Position numbers and translations under genes: made by a program. The notes beneath the pieces were generated by a model. It was not told where the DNA came from, did not search any database, and was given only the letters and a program-made list of their open reading frames with translations. From NCBI GenBank assembly GCA_938091905.1, contig CALKOM010000019.1, forward strand, positions 1 through 16,427: a stretch of 16,427 nucleotides of DNA. The letters are read 5' to 3'. Positions 7,177 through 15,919 of the stretch are shown piece by piece (within the stretch, counting starts at the first letter, position 1; every line of letters begins with the position of its first letter). Source of the DNA: an uncultured Verrucomicrobiales bacterium (GTDB lineage: Bacteria > Verrucomicrobiota > Verrucomicrobiia > Verrucomicrobiales > DEV007).

Positions 7177-9090
7177 ATGGCCTTGCGTCCCGACAGTACC
7201 TCTCATTTTCGAGTGACCGCCCTCCTGCTCCTCGCGCCTGTCTGCAGTGGCCATGAGCTTTCCATAGAAGCTGGCTCAGAGGCCGTCTCCCTTTCTTGGC
7301 AGCCCACATCAATCACACCAGTGGGGCGGACCCCAATCTACCCAGCGTACGAATTGCAGCGCAGTCACGATCTCGCGATCTGGGAAACGGTTCTGAGCAC
7401 CCAAGACAACCCCCTAAAGGCGCCTGCGGAGCGAGTCGAACTCGTCCACGACCTCATTCCAAATGGGCCCACCTTTTTTCGCCTTCGATTCCAGACAACC
7501 TTGATGGGCACCGATCTATCGGGGGCCGATCTTCAAGACAGTCCTTTGGGAGGCATCGATTTTTCGGGCGCCGACTTGGCCGGCGCGGCATTGCAGAACG
7601 CCCGTCTGACGGGTTCCAATCTCACGTCGGTTGACCTTCGCGGGGCGAACCTTGAAGGGGCCGATCTCAGCGAGGCGATCCTCTTCGATGTCCTGATCGA
7701 TGACCAAACGATCATCGACGCCGAAACTCGACGCCGGATTGAAGGAGCCGACGTCGAAACCAGCATCGTGATCAACGAAGTCCGGGCCTCGGGAGATGAT
7801 GAGATCGAGCTCTACAACCGGGGCGGGATCGAGGTCGATCTCTCAGGTTGGCAAATCGCCGATGAGCGCAACGATCCCTACGTGATCCCTGAAGGTTCAA
7901 ACCTTGCGGCTGGCCACTACCTGGTCCTTGTCAAAGGAACGCATCATGCCTTCGGCCTGGGCGGGGCTGATTCCGTGACGCTCCGTTCTCCAAGAAAGAC
8001 GGTGGACCATGTGGTCTGGGCCTCGGGCGCAGCCAACACGTCTTACTGCCGCATCCCCAGCGGTAGCGGAGCGTTTCGGCCCTGCTTCCAGGCGACCATG
8101 GGGGCGCAAAACCTCGACGACCTCACCACGACCATTATCAGTCCCATCTGGATCGCCGGAGGTGTCCAAGGCAGTGCCCGTGGCACCCAATTTGATGAAC
8201 CCAACGAGTTGACCTTTGATCAACAAGGCAACCTTTGGGCGGGCGATGTGGACAACTTGCGCGTGCAAGTTTTCGATGCGGACGGCAACTTCGTAACGGT
8301 TGTTGGTGGAGCTGGCGAAGGTCTTGGCCAATTTGTTGAGCCCTTAACCGGCAAGCAGGGCCCTGAGGCCATTGCGGTGTCGACCGACAATCAGGTCTAC
8401 GTCGTCGATCGCGGCGGCGCCAAGATCAACGTCTACGATGGGGAAGCCTTTTCACCCCTTCGGGAAATCCGAAGCGATCAGTTCATCGACCCGACAGGCC
8501 TCTCCCTTAGCACTGAAGGCATCCTCTACGTCGCCGATCAAGGCAGCGACCAGATTCACCGTGTGGATACCGAGGGCCAGTATCTGGGCGTCCTCCAATT
8601 TTCCCAAGACGACGGTGTCACGCCAGTGCTGGCGAAAACGGAGACGCTGGGATTGGATGAGAGTCGTGATTGGCTCTTTGCCAGTTCAGAGGACGCCTCG
8701 AGAATTGAGATCTTCCAACTCTCGACGGGCTTGTGGACGGGCAACCATTTGGTCGAGTTGCAGTCTGGCAGCGTTCCCGAACCCGGTCGGGTCGTGGACG
8801 ACGTGGAGGGCTTTGCCATCGACACCCTGAATAACTTGGTCTTTGTCTCGGATGAAGACAACGGTCGCATCCTGATTCACAACCTGGATGCCAAAAGCGG
8901 CCTAACGGACCCCGACACCAACTTTGCCTTCCTCAGCGCCTTCGGTAGGTTGGGCAGCCAAGAGGGCGAATTTCTCTCGGCCGACGGGATCGCTGTCATG
9001 CCCGAAACCGATCGGTTGGCCGTTGCCGACCAAGGCAACTATCGCATCCAAGTGTTCAAACTCTCCGACATCATCGCTACCCTTCCATGA
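7177..9090 (+). CDS. Secreted multidomain protein: pentapeptide repeats, lamin-tail domain, NHL/6-bladed beta-propeller (ORF open from 7135)
   Basis: Hydrophobic leader; TDLSG ADLQD...ADLAG AALQN ARLTG SNLTS VDLRG ANLEG ADLSE; IVINEV...DEIELYNRG...VDLSGWQIAD (LTD); FDEPNELTFDQQGNLWAGD...RVQVFD and VADQGNYRIQVF (NHL). Confidence 0.9.
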   Translation: MALRPDSTSHFRVTALLLLAPVCSGHELSIEAGSEAVSLSWQPTSITPVGRTPIYPAYELQRSHDLAIWETVLSTQDNPLKAPAERVELVHDLIPNGPTFFRLRFQTTLMGTDLSGADLQDSPLGGIDFSGADLAGAALQNARLTGSNLTSVDLRGANLEGADLSEAILFDVLIDDQTIIDAETRRRIEGADVETSIVINEVRASGDDEIELYNRGGIEVDLSGWQIADERNDPYVIPEGSNLAAGHYLVLVKGTHHAFGLGGADSVTLRSPRKTVDHVVWASGAANTSYCRIPSGSGAFRPCFQATMGAQNLDDLTTTIISPIWIAGGVQGSARGTQFDEPNELTFDQQGNLWAGDVDNLRVQVFDADGNFVTVVGGAGEGLGQFVEPLTGKQGPEAIAVSTDNQVYVVDRGGAKINVYDGEAFSPLREIRSDQFIDPTGLSLSTEGILYVADQGSDQIHRVDTEGQYLGVLQFSQDDGVTPVLAKTETLGLDESRDWLFASSEDASRIEIFQLSTGLWTGNHLVELQSGSVPEPGRVVDDVEGFAIDTLNNLVFVSDEDNGRILIHNLDAKSGLTDPDTNFAFLSAFGRLGSQEGEFLSADGIAVMPETDRLAVADQGNYRIQVFKLSDIIATLP

Positions 9091-10031
9091 ACCAGCCAAT
9101 CCATCGTCTTACTACCCTTCTCGTTTCGAGCGCGCTCCTACTGGCTAGTTGTGGCCCCAAGAGCAATCCCGACCTCACAAGCACACCTCAAAGCTCGCCG
9201 GATCCCAATACGCCCTCCGCCGAACCCAACCCGGCCCCGAATAGCGAAACCGCGATCGAGCTCAGTTTTGGCGTCTATTCGTCCGATAAACCGACGGAGA
9301 TGATCAAACAGTTCCGCCCTACTCTGGACGCGCTTGAGGCAATCGTGAGTGAGAAGCTGGGCAAGACCCTCGACATCCGCATGGAAGTGGCCGCGACGTA
9401 TGAAACGGGTATTGATAACTTGGTCGACGGTAAGGTCGATCTCTCACAACTGGGACCAGCCTCTTACATCACCGCAAAGAAACGGAACGAAGGGCTCTCG
9501 ATCGTCGCCATCGAGAGCAAGGGAGGCACGAAACAGTTCTCTGGGGTGTTTTGCGTCGCCGAGGCCAGCCCCATTCAATCGGTGAGCGAATTGAAGGGCA
9601 AGACCTTCGCTTTTGGAAGCGAGCTTTCAACCATTGGTCGCTATCTCTCCCAAGAATATCTCATGGATAACGGCGTCAAAGCTTCCGACCTGGGCCGCTA
9701 CGAATACCTTGGGCGCCACGACAAAGTCGGCGCCGCGGTCGGCTTGGGAGCTTACGACGCCGGCGTCCTCAAAGAAGGCACTTTCAAAAAGCTTGTCGCG
9801 GGAGGGACGGAGATTCGAGAGATTGCGCGCTTTCCCAACGTTACCAAACCCTGGGTGGCCCGGGCTGGTCTGGACGAGTCCCTGCATGAGGTGCTGCGAG
9901 CAGCCCTCGTCCAAATGGAAGATAGCGAAGCACTGGAAGCGCTTCGAGTAGACGGATTTCTCGAGGGTGAGGACGCTGATTATGCGCCCATCAGAACATC
10001 CATGGATCGCAACGACGCTTTCTTTCAATAA
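9087..10031 (+). CDS. PhnD-like (phosphate/phosphonate-type) substrate-binding lipoprotein
   Basis: Lipobox LLLAS-C, Pro-rich linker, VDLSQLGPASY, SPIQSVSELKGKTFAFG...STIG, YLGRHDKV...V..G..DAG. ATGA overlap with the upstream gene. Confidence 0.9.
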   Translation: MNQPIHRLTTLLVSSALLLASCGPKSNPDLTSTPQSSPDPNTPSAEPNPAPNSETAIELSFGVYSSDKPTEMIKQFRPTLDALEAIVSEKLGKTLDIRMEVAATYETGIDNLVDGKVDLSQLGPASYITAKKRNEGLSIVAIESKGGTKQFSGVFCVAEASPIQSVSELKGKTFAFGSELSTIGRYLSQEYLMDNGVKASDLGRYEYLGRHDKVGAAVGLGAYDAGVLKEGTFKKLVAGGTEIREIARFPNVTKPWVARAGLDESLHEVLRAALVQMEDSEALEALRVDGFLEGEDADYAPIRTSMDRNDAFFQ

Positions 10032-10084
10032 GGAGCGTTTCTGCTCGGCTCACGCTCCTCAGAGCGTTCTGATCATCAACATAT

Positions 10085-12496
10085 ATGCCCCTTGAGCCTT
10101 TAGAGCCTAGTAAGGAGGAAACCGTGGTTGCTCCTCAGCGCAGCACGACCGTGAATCGGCTCTCGCTGTGGGTCCACGCGGTTGTCATGCTCAGCCTGGC
10201 CATGGTGGTGGTGTCTATCATCGCTGGCCGAATGGTACGCCAAGACGAACAGCGTTACCTGACGGCTACCTTAAAGGAGCAGACCGCTGGCTTGGTCTCG
10301 ATCCTTTCGGCAGTTTCTGTGGACGCCATCATCAGCAGTGACGTCCCCGTCCTGCAAACGATCGTCGAGGCGGTAGCCTCCAAACATGCCAGCATGATCT
10401 CCTTGAACATTTCCAACGCCTCCGGCGGGACACTCCTGGCGTGGGAACGGCCTGGTGTCAATCCCGACGAACGCATCGCTTTTCAAGAACCTGTGATGTT
10501 TGAAGGGGAAAACTTCGGAACCATCGCCGTCCAGTTGGACGCGGAACAGGCATCTCGGCGTATGGACCAGAAAGTGGGTAACATGCGCCTCATCTCTCTC
10601 GGCTCACTTATACTCCTCGGCCTAACCGCACTGGCGTTGGTGAAGTTCTTTTTCTTGCGTCCAGTGGAACACATCGACCAGGGCCTGACTGAGCAGCGCG
10701 AGGGGAAACCCGAGAGCCATGTGCACCTCTCGGGCCTCGCCGCCAAAGAACTGGTCCGCCTGGGAGACTCCGTTAATGCCTTGGGAGTGGCACGACGTGA
10801 ACTCAATCTCTCTCACAAAAAACTCGAACAGTACAACAAGAATCTTGAAGAGCAGGTCGAGCATCGCACGGCAGCCCTGGCGGCAAGCATGGAGGAGGCC
10901 GAACGAGCGAACGAGTCCAAGAGCGAGTTCTTGGCCAAGATGAGCCATGAGCTGCGCACCCCTCTCAACGCCATCATTGGTTACAGCGAGATGCTCCAGG
11001 AAGAGGCAGAGGAAACGGAAGAGGGTGACGTTTTTGTCCCTGACTTGCAGAAGATTAACGGAGCAGGCAAACACCTACTCGGACTCATCAACGACATCCT
11101 CGATCTCTCGAAAGTAGAGTCGGGCCGCATGGACCTTTATCTGGAAGAGTTCGACATCAAAGAGATGGTCGACGATGTCGCGGCAACGGTCTACCCACTC
11201 GTCGAGAAGAACGGCAACCGCTTGGCCATCGATTGTCCAGATTTCGCCAGGCCCATGCGTTCAGACGTCACCAAGATCCGCCAGAACTTGCTCAATCTGT
11301 TGTCCAACGCGAGCAAGTTCACCAAGGACGGCGAGATCCGCCTCGGTGTGCGCATCGATCCTCCTCATAGCGTTGATTCCAACGGGCAAGACACCGAGTC
11401 TCGCATCTCCTTTGTCGTCACGGATTCCGGGATTGGCATGACGAACGAGCAGACCAAAAGGATCTTCGATCCCTTTAGCCAGGCAGATGCGTCCACGACG
11501 CGCACCTACGGCGGCACGGGACTAGGACTGGCCATTACCAAAAAGTTTTGCGACCTGCTTCAGGGAAGCATCGCCGTCCAAAGCGAACTGGGAAAAGGAT
11601 CCACCTTCTCGATGTGCCTACCCTTGCGACTTAGCGATGCCGCTCAAGGGAGCGCCTCGCTCGCGGATAGCCAGGTGCAGCCTCCTGAAACTTCTGCCGA
11701 TGAGTCCAGTGAGAGCGCAACCATGACAAAGGTGCTGGTCATCGACGACGATGCCACAGTCCATGACCTGATGGGCCGCTTCCTCCCAAAGAGAGGCTAC
11801 ACCGTCATCGCAGCTACGAGCGGTGAACAGGGATTGGAAAAGGCCAAACAATGCCAACCCGATATCATCACGCTCGACGTCATGATGCCCGGTGGGATGG
11901 ATGGATGGGCCGTACTCGCCGCCCTGAAATCCGACCAAGACCTCGCGCTCATTCCCGTCATCATGCTCACCATTACTGACAACCGGAACCTTGGCTTTGC
12001 CTTGGGAGCGTCTGACTACCTTGCCAAGCCGGTCGATCGCGATCTCTTAACACGTACACTGCGCAAGTGTCAGGACGAGTTCCAACCCCAACAAGTTCTC
12101 ATCGTGGAAGATGACGCGGCCACGCGAGAATTGCTGAGCCGCTCCATTAAAAAAAGAGGGTGGGAAGTGTTGGAAGCAGAGAATGGCGTGGACGCCATCC
12201 GTCTTCTCGAGGAACATGATCCTAGCCTGGTCTTGCTAGATCTCATCATGCCGCAAATGGACGGTTTCGAGTTCCTCGCCCGCCTCAAAGACCGAAAGGA
12301 AAGCAAGGCCATTCCCGTCATCGTACTCACTTCAAAGGATCTTACCGAAGAGGAACGTAGCCGCTTGAACGGGTCCGTCCAGCGCGTCGTCTTGAAGGGA
12401 TCCCAAGATCATTCCGAAGTCTTGCAAGACCTCAGCCACCTCCTCGCTCAGTGGAGTGAACAAGGCCCTGGAGCATCCGACTCGACGGATGCCTGA
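10085..12496 (+). CDS. Membrane-bound hybrid sensor histidine kinase (TM-periplasmic-TM-HAMP-HisKA-HATPase-REC-REC)
   Basis: Two TM segments; H-box SHELRTPLNAIIG; N-box NLLSNASKFT; G1 DSGIGM; F-box FDPFSQAD; G2 GGTGLGL; REC1 VIDDD..LDVMMP..KP; REC2 IVEDD..LDLIMP. Confidence 0.95.
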   Translation: MPLEPLEPSKEETVVAPQRSTTVNRLSLWVHAVVMLSLAMVVVSIIAGRMVRQDEQRYLTATLKEQTAGLVSILSAVSVDAIISSDVPVLQTIVEAVASKHASMISLNISNASGGTLLAWERPGVNPDERIAFQEPVMFEGENFGTIAVQLDAEQASRRMDQKVGNMRLISLGSLILLGLTALALVKFFFLRPVEHIDQGLTEQREGKPESHVHLSGLAAKELVRLGDSVNALGVARRELNLSHKKLEQYNKNLEEQVEHRTAALAASMEEAERANESKSEFLAKMSHELRTPLNAIIGYSEMLQEEAEETEEGDVFVPDLQKINGAGKHLLGLINDILDLSKVESGRMDLYLEEFDIKEMVDDVAATVYPLVEKNGNRLAIDCPDFARPMRSDVTKIRQNLLNLLSNASKFTKDGEIRLGVRIDPPHSVDSNGQDTESRISFVVTDSGIGMTNEQTKRIFDPFSQADASTTRTYGGTGLGLAITKKFCDLLQGSIAVQSELGKGSTFSMCLPLRLSDAAQGSASLADSQVQPPETSADESSESATMTKVLVIDDDATVHDLMGRFLPKRGYTVIAATSGEQGLEKAKQCQPDIITLDVMMPGGMDGWAVLAALKSDQDLALIPVIMLTITDNRNLGFALGASDYLAKPVDRDLLTRTLRKCQDEFQPQQVLIVEDDAATRELLSRSIKKRGWEVLEAENGVDAIRLLEEHDPSLVLLDLIMPQMDGFEFLARLKDRKESKAIPVIVLTSKDLTEEERSRLNGSVQRVVLKGSQDHSEVLQDLSHLLAQWSEQGPGASDSTDA

Positions 12497-12549
12497 TCGA
12501 ATTTTCAACCATTGAACAGCCCGTTTAGATACCAACCACACATTCGCTG

Positions 12550-12915
12550 ATGAGCAAAATCCTACTGGTGGAAGACAACGAATTGAATCGCGATATGTTA
12601 TCGCGCCGCCTCAAGCGCCGCGATTTTGAAGTCGTCATGGCCTTCGACGGCGAGGAGGGCATCCAGATGGCCTCCGACGAACAGCCCGATCTCATCCTCA
12701 TGGACATGAGCCTGCCCAAAATTGATGGTTGGGAAGCCACACGGACCCTCAAGGCCAACCCGGAGACGGCCTCCATCCCAGTAATCGCGCTTACCGCCCA
12801 CGCCATGAAGGAGGACGAGCAAAAAGCAAGGGATGCCGGTTGCGATGACTACGATACCAAGCCCGTGGATTTTAAACGTTTGCTAGGCAAAGTGAATGCC
12901 TTTCTCAATCCATAA
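12550..12915 (+). CDS. Single-domain response regulator (DivK/CheY-like)
   Basis: ILLVEDN, PDLILMDMSLP, IALTAHAM, DYDTKPVDF; 121 aa. Confidence 0.95.
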   Translation: MSKILLVEDNELNRDMLSRRLKRRDFEVVMAFDGEEGIQMASDEQPDLILMDMSLPKIDGWEATRTLKANPETASIPVIALTAHAMKEDEQKARDAGCDDYDTKPVDFKRLLGKVNAFLNP

Positions 12916-13128
12916 GACTATGGCTAGCCCACCCTATGGGAGTAAAAACGGCGGTCGCCTAGCGGCCAACCGCCCTGCCGTGATATTCTTTGATGGCTTT
13001 CGATGAAGCATCAAGGGAATGGTGATATGGGCGAAGAGCCATGCACCAATCGGCCGGAGTCACATCACCGATAGACTCCACCAAAAAATCTGACGGCAAG
13101 GGCTTCTAATTCAGTCCCCGCTTGTTAA

Positions 13129-13330
13129 CCATTCACACGACCCACCCTTCTCCTCGCTTTCCTGGCCACCATGCTTTCCGTTGCCGTGGCAGAAGATGAC
13201 AAGGAAAAGGCCGCCAAAGAAGAGGCCTTTGACGTTGAGGTGGCGATCACAGGCAACGACCAAATGCAGTTCGACAAGAAAGCCTTCACAGTCGACGCTG
13301 GAAAGAAGGTCAAACTCACCTTCAAGAACA
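13129..13330 (+). pseudogene. N-terminal fragment of an azurin/cupredoxin-like exported protein
   Basis: Signal-like PTLLLAFLATMLSVAVA, then VAITGNDQMQFDKKAFTVDAGKKVKLTFKN (azurin GNDQMQF motif). Cut at 13331 before the copper ligands. Confidence 0.75.
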
Positions 13331-13655
13331 TGATCAAAACCCTGAAGATGAATGCCGTTTCTTCTAGGGAACTTGCCGCGAATATCTGAAGCGTTTGAAG
13401 AGAGAATTTCTCCGGTTGTTTGGCTGCAAGCAAGCTAGCTAAAAAATGCGAATGAAGAAGAAAAAATTTCCCGAGGAAGAGATTATCGCCGTCTTGAAAG
13501 AGGGCGATTCCGGAATAGCGACACCTGAGTTATGCTGTAAACGCGACATCATTGCGGCACCTACTACCGATGGAAGTCGAAGTATGGAGGCACAGAGATC
13601 AGTGACGCCAAGAGGCTCAGGGCCCTTGAGGAAGGGAATTGCCGCCTGCGCAAAG
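13331..13655 (+). mobile_element. IS3-family (IS407-like) remnant: probable left IR plus frameshifted orfA
   Basis: TGATCAAAACCCTGAAGATGAATGCC at the azurin breakpoint. From 13452 it reads MKKKKFPEEEIIAVLKEGDSGIATPELCCKRDI / TYYRWKSKYGGTEISDAKRLRALEEGNCRLRK. No orfB. Confidence 0.85.
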
Positions 13656-13773
13656 CTGAAATCAGCTTTGCGTGGCCAAGAACAACCGATGGGCCTTGAC
13701 GACGGCTACTGATCCAAGCTTGCTTTCACTTGCCAAGCGCGCCCCATGGCCGTTTAAGATAGTCGGCAAGTTC

Positions 13774-15339
13774 ATGTCCGATTCACCCGCCTCTACTTCA
13801 TCGAGCCTCAAGCACGATCTGCGGACGCCGCTCAATCACATCATTGGTTACGGTGAGATGCTCATCGAGGAGCTCGAGGACGGCGACGACACTTCGGGCT
13901 TGGCGCCAGATTTACGCAAGATCCACAGCGCCGGGCGGCGTTTGCTTGGCGTGGTCCACGAGCTATTTGATGAGAGCATTCCGGAGTCGGACCGCCTCAA
14001 TGAAACGCGACTTCACCAGGAAGTACGCACGCCGATCAACCAGATCATCGGCTATGTGGAACTACTCCAGGAGGAGGCCGAGTCCATTGAGGAGGCTTTC
14101 ATGGAAGATCTCGGCAAGATCCATGCAGCCGCCCACCGTCTGCTAGACCTCGTGCTTACCCACTTCGGCGACGGGCGCTTCCCTGTAAGCGCCGCCGAAC
14201 GCGTCGAGCAGCGAGCCCCTACTACTTTTACCACTCGCACCGAAAGTGAGAGTAGCGGCACCCAGCAGGCCCGCCGCCAGGGAGCTCCCTCTGCGGGCCG
14301 ACTCCTGGTAGCCGACGACGATCCCGACAATCGAGAAATGCTGGCCCGGCGCCTTCAGCGCCTCGGCCACGAGGTCGAGACCGTGGCCAATGGTAAGGAT
14401 GTCATCGAGCGCGTGCGCTCAGGCGGCATCGATCTCCTCTTGCTCGACATCGTCATGCCCGAAATGGACGGCTACGCCGTTTTGGATCATCTCCGGATCA
14501 ATCCCCCACCCGACTTCTTGCCCATCATCGTGCTCTCGGCCTCGGACGATTCCTCGCGGGTGGCTAAGTGTATCGAGATGGGTGCCGAGGACTACCTTCC
14601 TAAACCTTTCGATCCCCTTCTCTTGCAGGCGCGCATCGAGTCCAGCCTGGAAAAGAAGCGTTTCCGGGATCGGGAAGCCACCTACCTGAAAACCATCAAG
14701 AAGGAGAAACAGCGGGCCGATGATTTGTTAGCCGTTATCCTCCCCTCCGCCGTGGCAGCCGAACTCAAGATGCGCGGACACGTCAAGCCTCGGCGCATGG
14801 AAAGCGTTTCCGTCCTTTTCACCGACATCGTGGGCTTCACCACCTACTGCGAACACCGCGATCCCGAGACCGTGCATCGCGACCTGCAAGAGTTGGTGGA
14901 GACCATGGAGGACGTGGCCACTGCGCACGGCATGGAGAAGATCAAGACCATTGGCGATGCCTTCCTCGGAGCGTGCGGCCTCCTCACCTTCACCGACAAC
15001 CCCACCCGCGATGCCGTGCAATGCGGTCTCGCCATGATCGAAGGCGCCGAACAACTACTCACTCCGTGGAAGATTCGCGTCGGGGTGAACACCGGTCCCG
15101 TGGTCGCCGGGGTCGTCGGACGGCAAAAGTACCAATACGACATTTGGGGCGACACCGTGAACACCGCCGCACGCATGGAATCGCAGGCCACGCCGGGCAC
15201 TGTCTGCGTCAGCGATGCCACCTACGAGCTCGTGAAGTCAGATTTTAAAGGCAAGTCCCTGGGCACCCCTGAGATCAAGGGCAAGGGCACCATGGAACTG
15301 TTCGAGATCACGGGGATGTCCAATGCGGAACCGTATTAG
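13774..15339 (+). CDS. Class III adenylate cyclase with two N-terminal HisKA/DHp-like repeats and a REC domain (ORF open from 13672)
   Basis: HDLRTPLNHIIGY and QEVRTPINQIIGY; REC LVADDD..LLDIVMP..YLPKPF; cyclase VLFTDIVGFT, KIKTIGDA, GVNTGPVVAGVVG, YDIWGDTVNTAARMES. K and D occupy the ATP-specifying positions. Confidence 0.95.
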   Translation: MSDSPASTSSSLKHDLRTPLNHIIGYGEMLIEELEDGDDTSGLAPDLRKIHSAGRRLLGVVHELFDESIPESDRLNETRLHQEVRTPINQIIGYVELLQEEAESIEEAFMEDLGKIHAAAHRLLDLVLTHFGDGRFPVSAAERVEQRAPTTFTTRTESESSGTQQARRQGAPSAGRLLVADDDPDNREMLARRLQRLGHEVETVANGKDVIERVRSGGIDLLLLDIVMPEMDGYAVLDHLRINPPPDFLPIIVLSASDDSSRVAKCIEMGAEDYLPKPFDPLLLQARIESSLEKKRFRDREATYLKTIKKEKQRADDLLAVILPSAVAAELKMRGHVKPRRMESVSVLFTDIVGFTTYCEHRDPETVHRDLQELVETMEDVATAHGMEKIKTIGDAFLGACGLLTFTDNPTRDAVQCGLAMIEGAEQLLTPWKIRVGVNTGPVVAGVVGRQKYQYDIWGDTVNTAARMESQATPGTVCVSDATYELVKSDFKGKSLGTPEIKGKGTMELFEITGMSNAEPY

Positions 15340-15389
15340 AAAGCGATAGGGATCTCATACAAAGGCGCGAGGACACCAAGGATTGCCTA

Positions 15390-15547
15390 TTGGGAAGAGC
15401 TTCAGTGCGTAGCATGTCCAGGAATTCTGCGCCGGCTGGACCATCTTCTTGCACCACCCAAATGATCCGGGCGGCCCGTGATAATGATAAGGCTCCGGCG
15501 AACAGCCAGACTAATAGTATTGTAACAAATCGATGGTATTTCTTCAT
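15390..15547 (-). pseudogene. 5' fragment of an exported protein gene (signal peptide only)
   Basis: MKKYHRFVTILLVWLFAGALSLSRA-ARIIWVVQEDG is a signal peptide plus ~25 residues; the frame then runs into the cyclase 3' end. Confidence 0.45.
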
Positions 15548-15570
15548 GGTTGTGAATGGGTTTTCAGGGT

Positions 15571-15813
15571 TCAGGTCCAGGCGTTCTTCTTGATACCTTT
15601 GCCTATCGCCCAGATCACTCTGATACTCAGAGCGCCCGGCTGGTGGGGAGCGCACTTCATGGCAACTTCCAGCTCATCTAAGCTGGCGTTCTCGAAGTTT
15701 GGCTCTGTTTTGGCTCTGTTTTGGCTCTGTGACAGCACGCCCTACAGGCCCAGCCTGCAGATCTTTAGTGAAAGTACAAGAACTAAATCAGAAAACTTTT
15801 GAGAATCGCTCTA
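15571..15813 (-). mobile_element. Possible IS630-family remnant (left end plus transposase N-terminus)
   Basis: The minus strand begins TA-GAGCGATTCTCAAAAG (TA-flanked, IS630-like end). The reading frame ...EPNFENASLDELEVAMKCAP...IRVIWAI resembles IS630 transposase N-termini from memory only, and is disrupted by an 11-bp triplication. Confidence 0.4.
15698..15730. repeat. 11-bp tandem repeat TTTGGCTCTGT x3
   Basis: Direct reading. Confidence 0.95.
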
Positions 15814-15919
15814 GAACGACAGAACCCTGACAGAGGTCCAAGCAGTCTGTCAATGGCTCGAAAAACAATCATCCTACAGGAAGTGGACGAGAATTTATGG
15901 TATCCTAATATTGATGCAA

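Noticed and set aside
7504..7700. Pentapeptide repeats as a Qnr/MfpA gyrase-protection protein
   Set aside because: Short run embedded in an exported multidomain protein.
10032..10068. GGAGCGT...ACGCTCC stem between the binding protein and HK as a terminator
   Set aside because: 7-bp stem with a long loop and no U-tract.
13730..13760. TTGCCA-N19-TAAGAT sigma70-like promoter before the cyclase
   Set aside because: The 19-bp spacer is suboptimal and such matches are common by chance; unsupported without TSS data.
6535..15339. Pycsar/CBASS-type anti-phage system (cyclase + cNMP effector)
   Set aside because: The cyclase has ATP-type K/D residues and a REC input, it is not adjacent to the cNMP proteins, and these lack TM or TIR effector domains.
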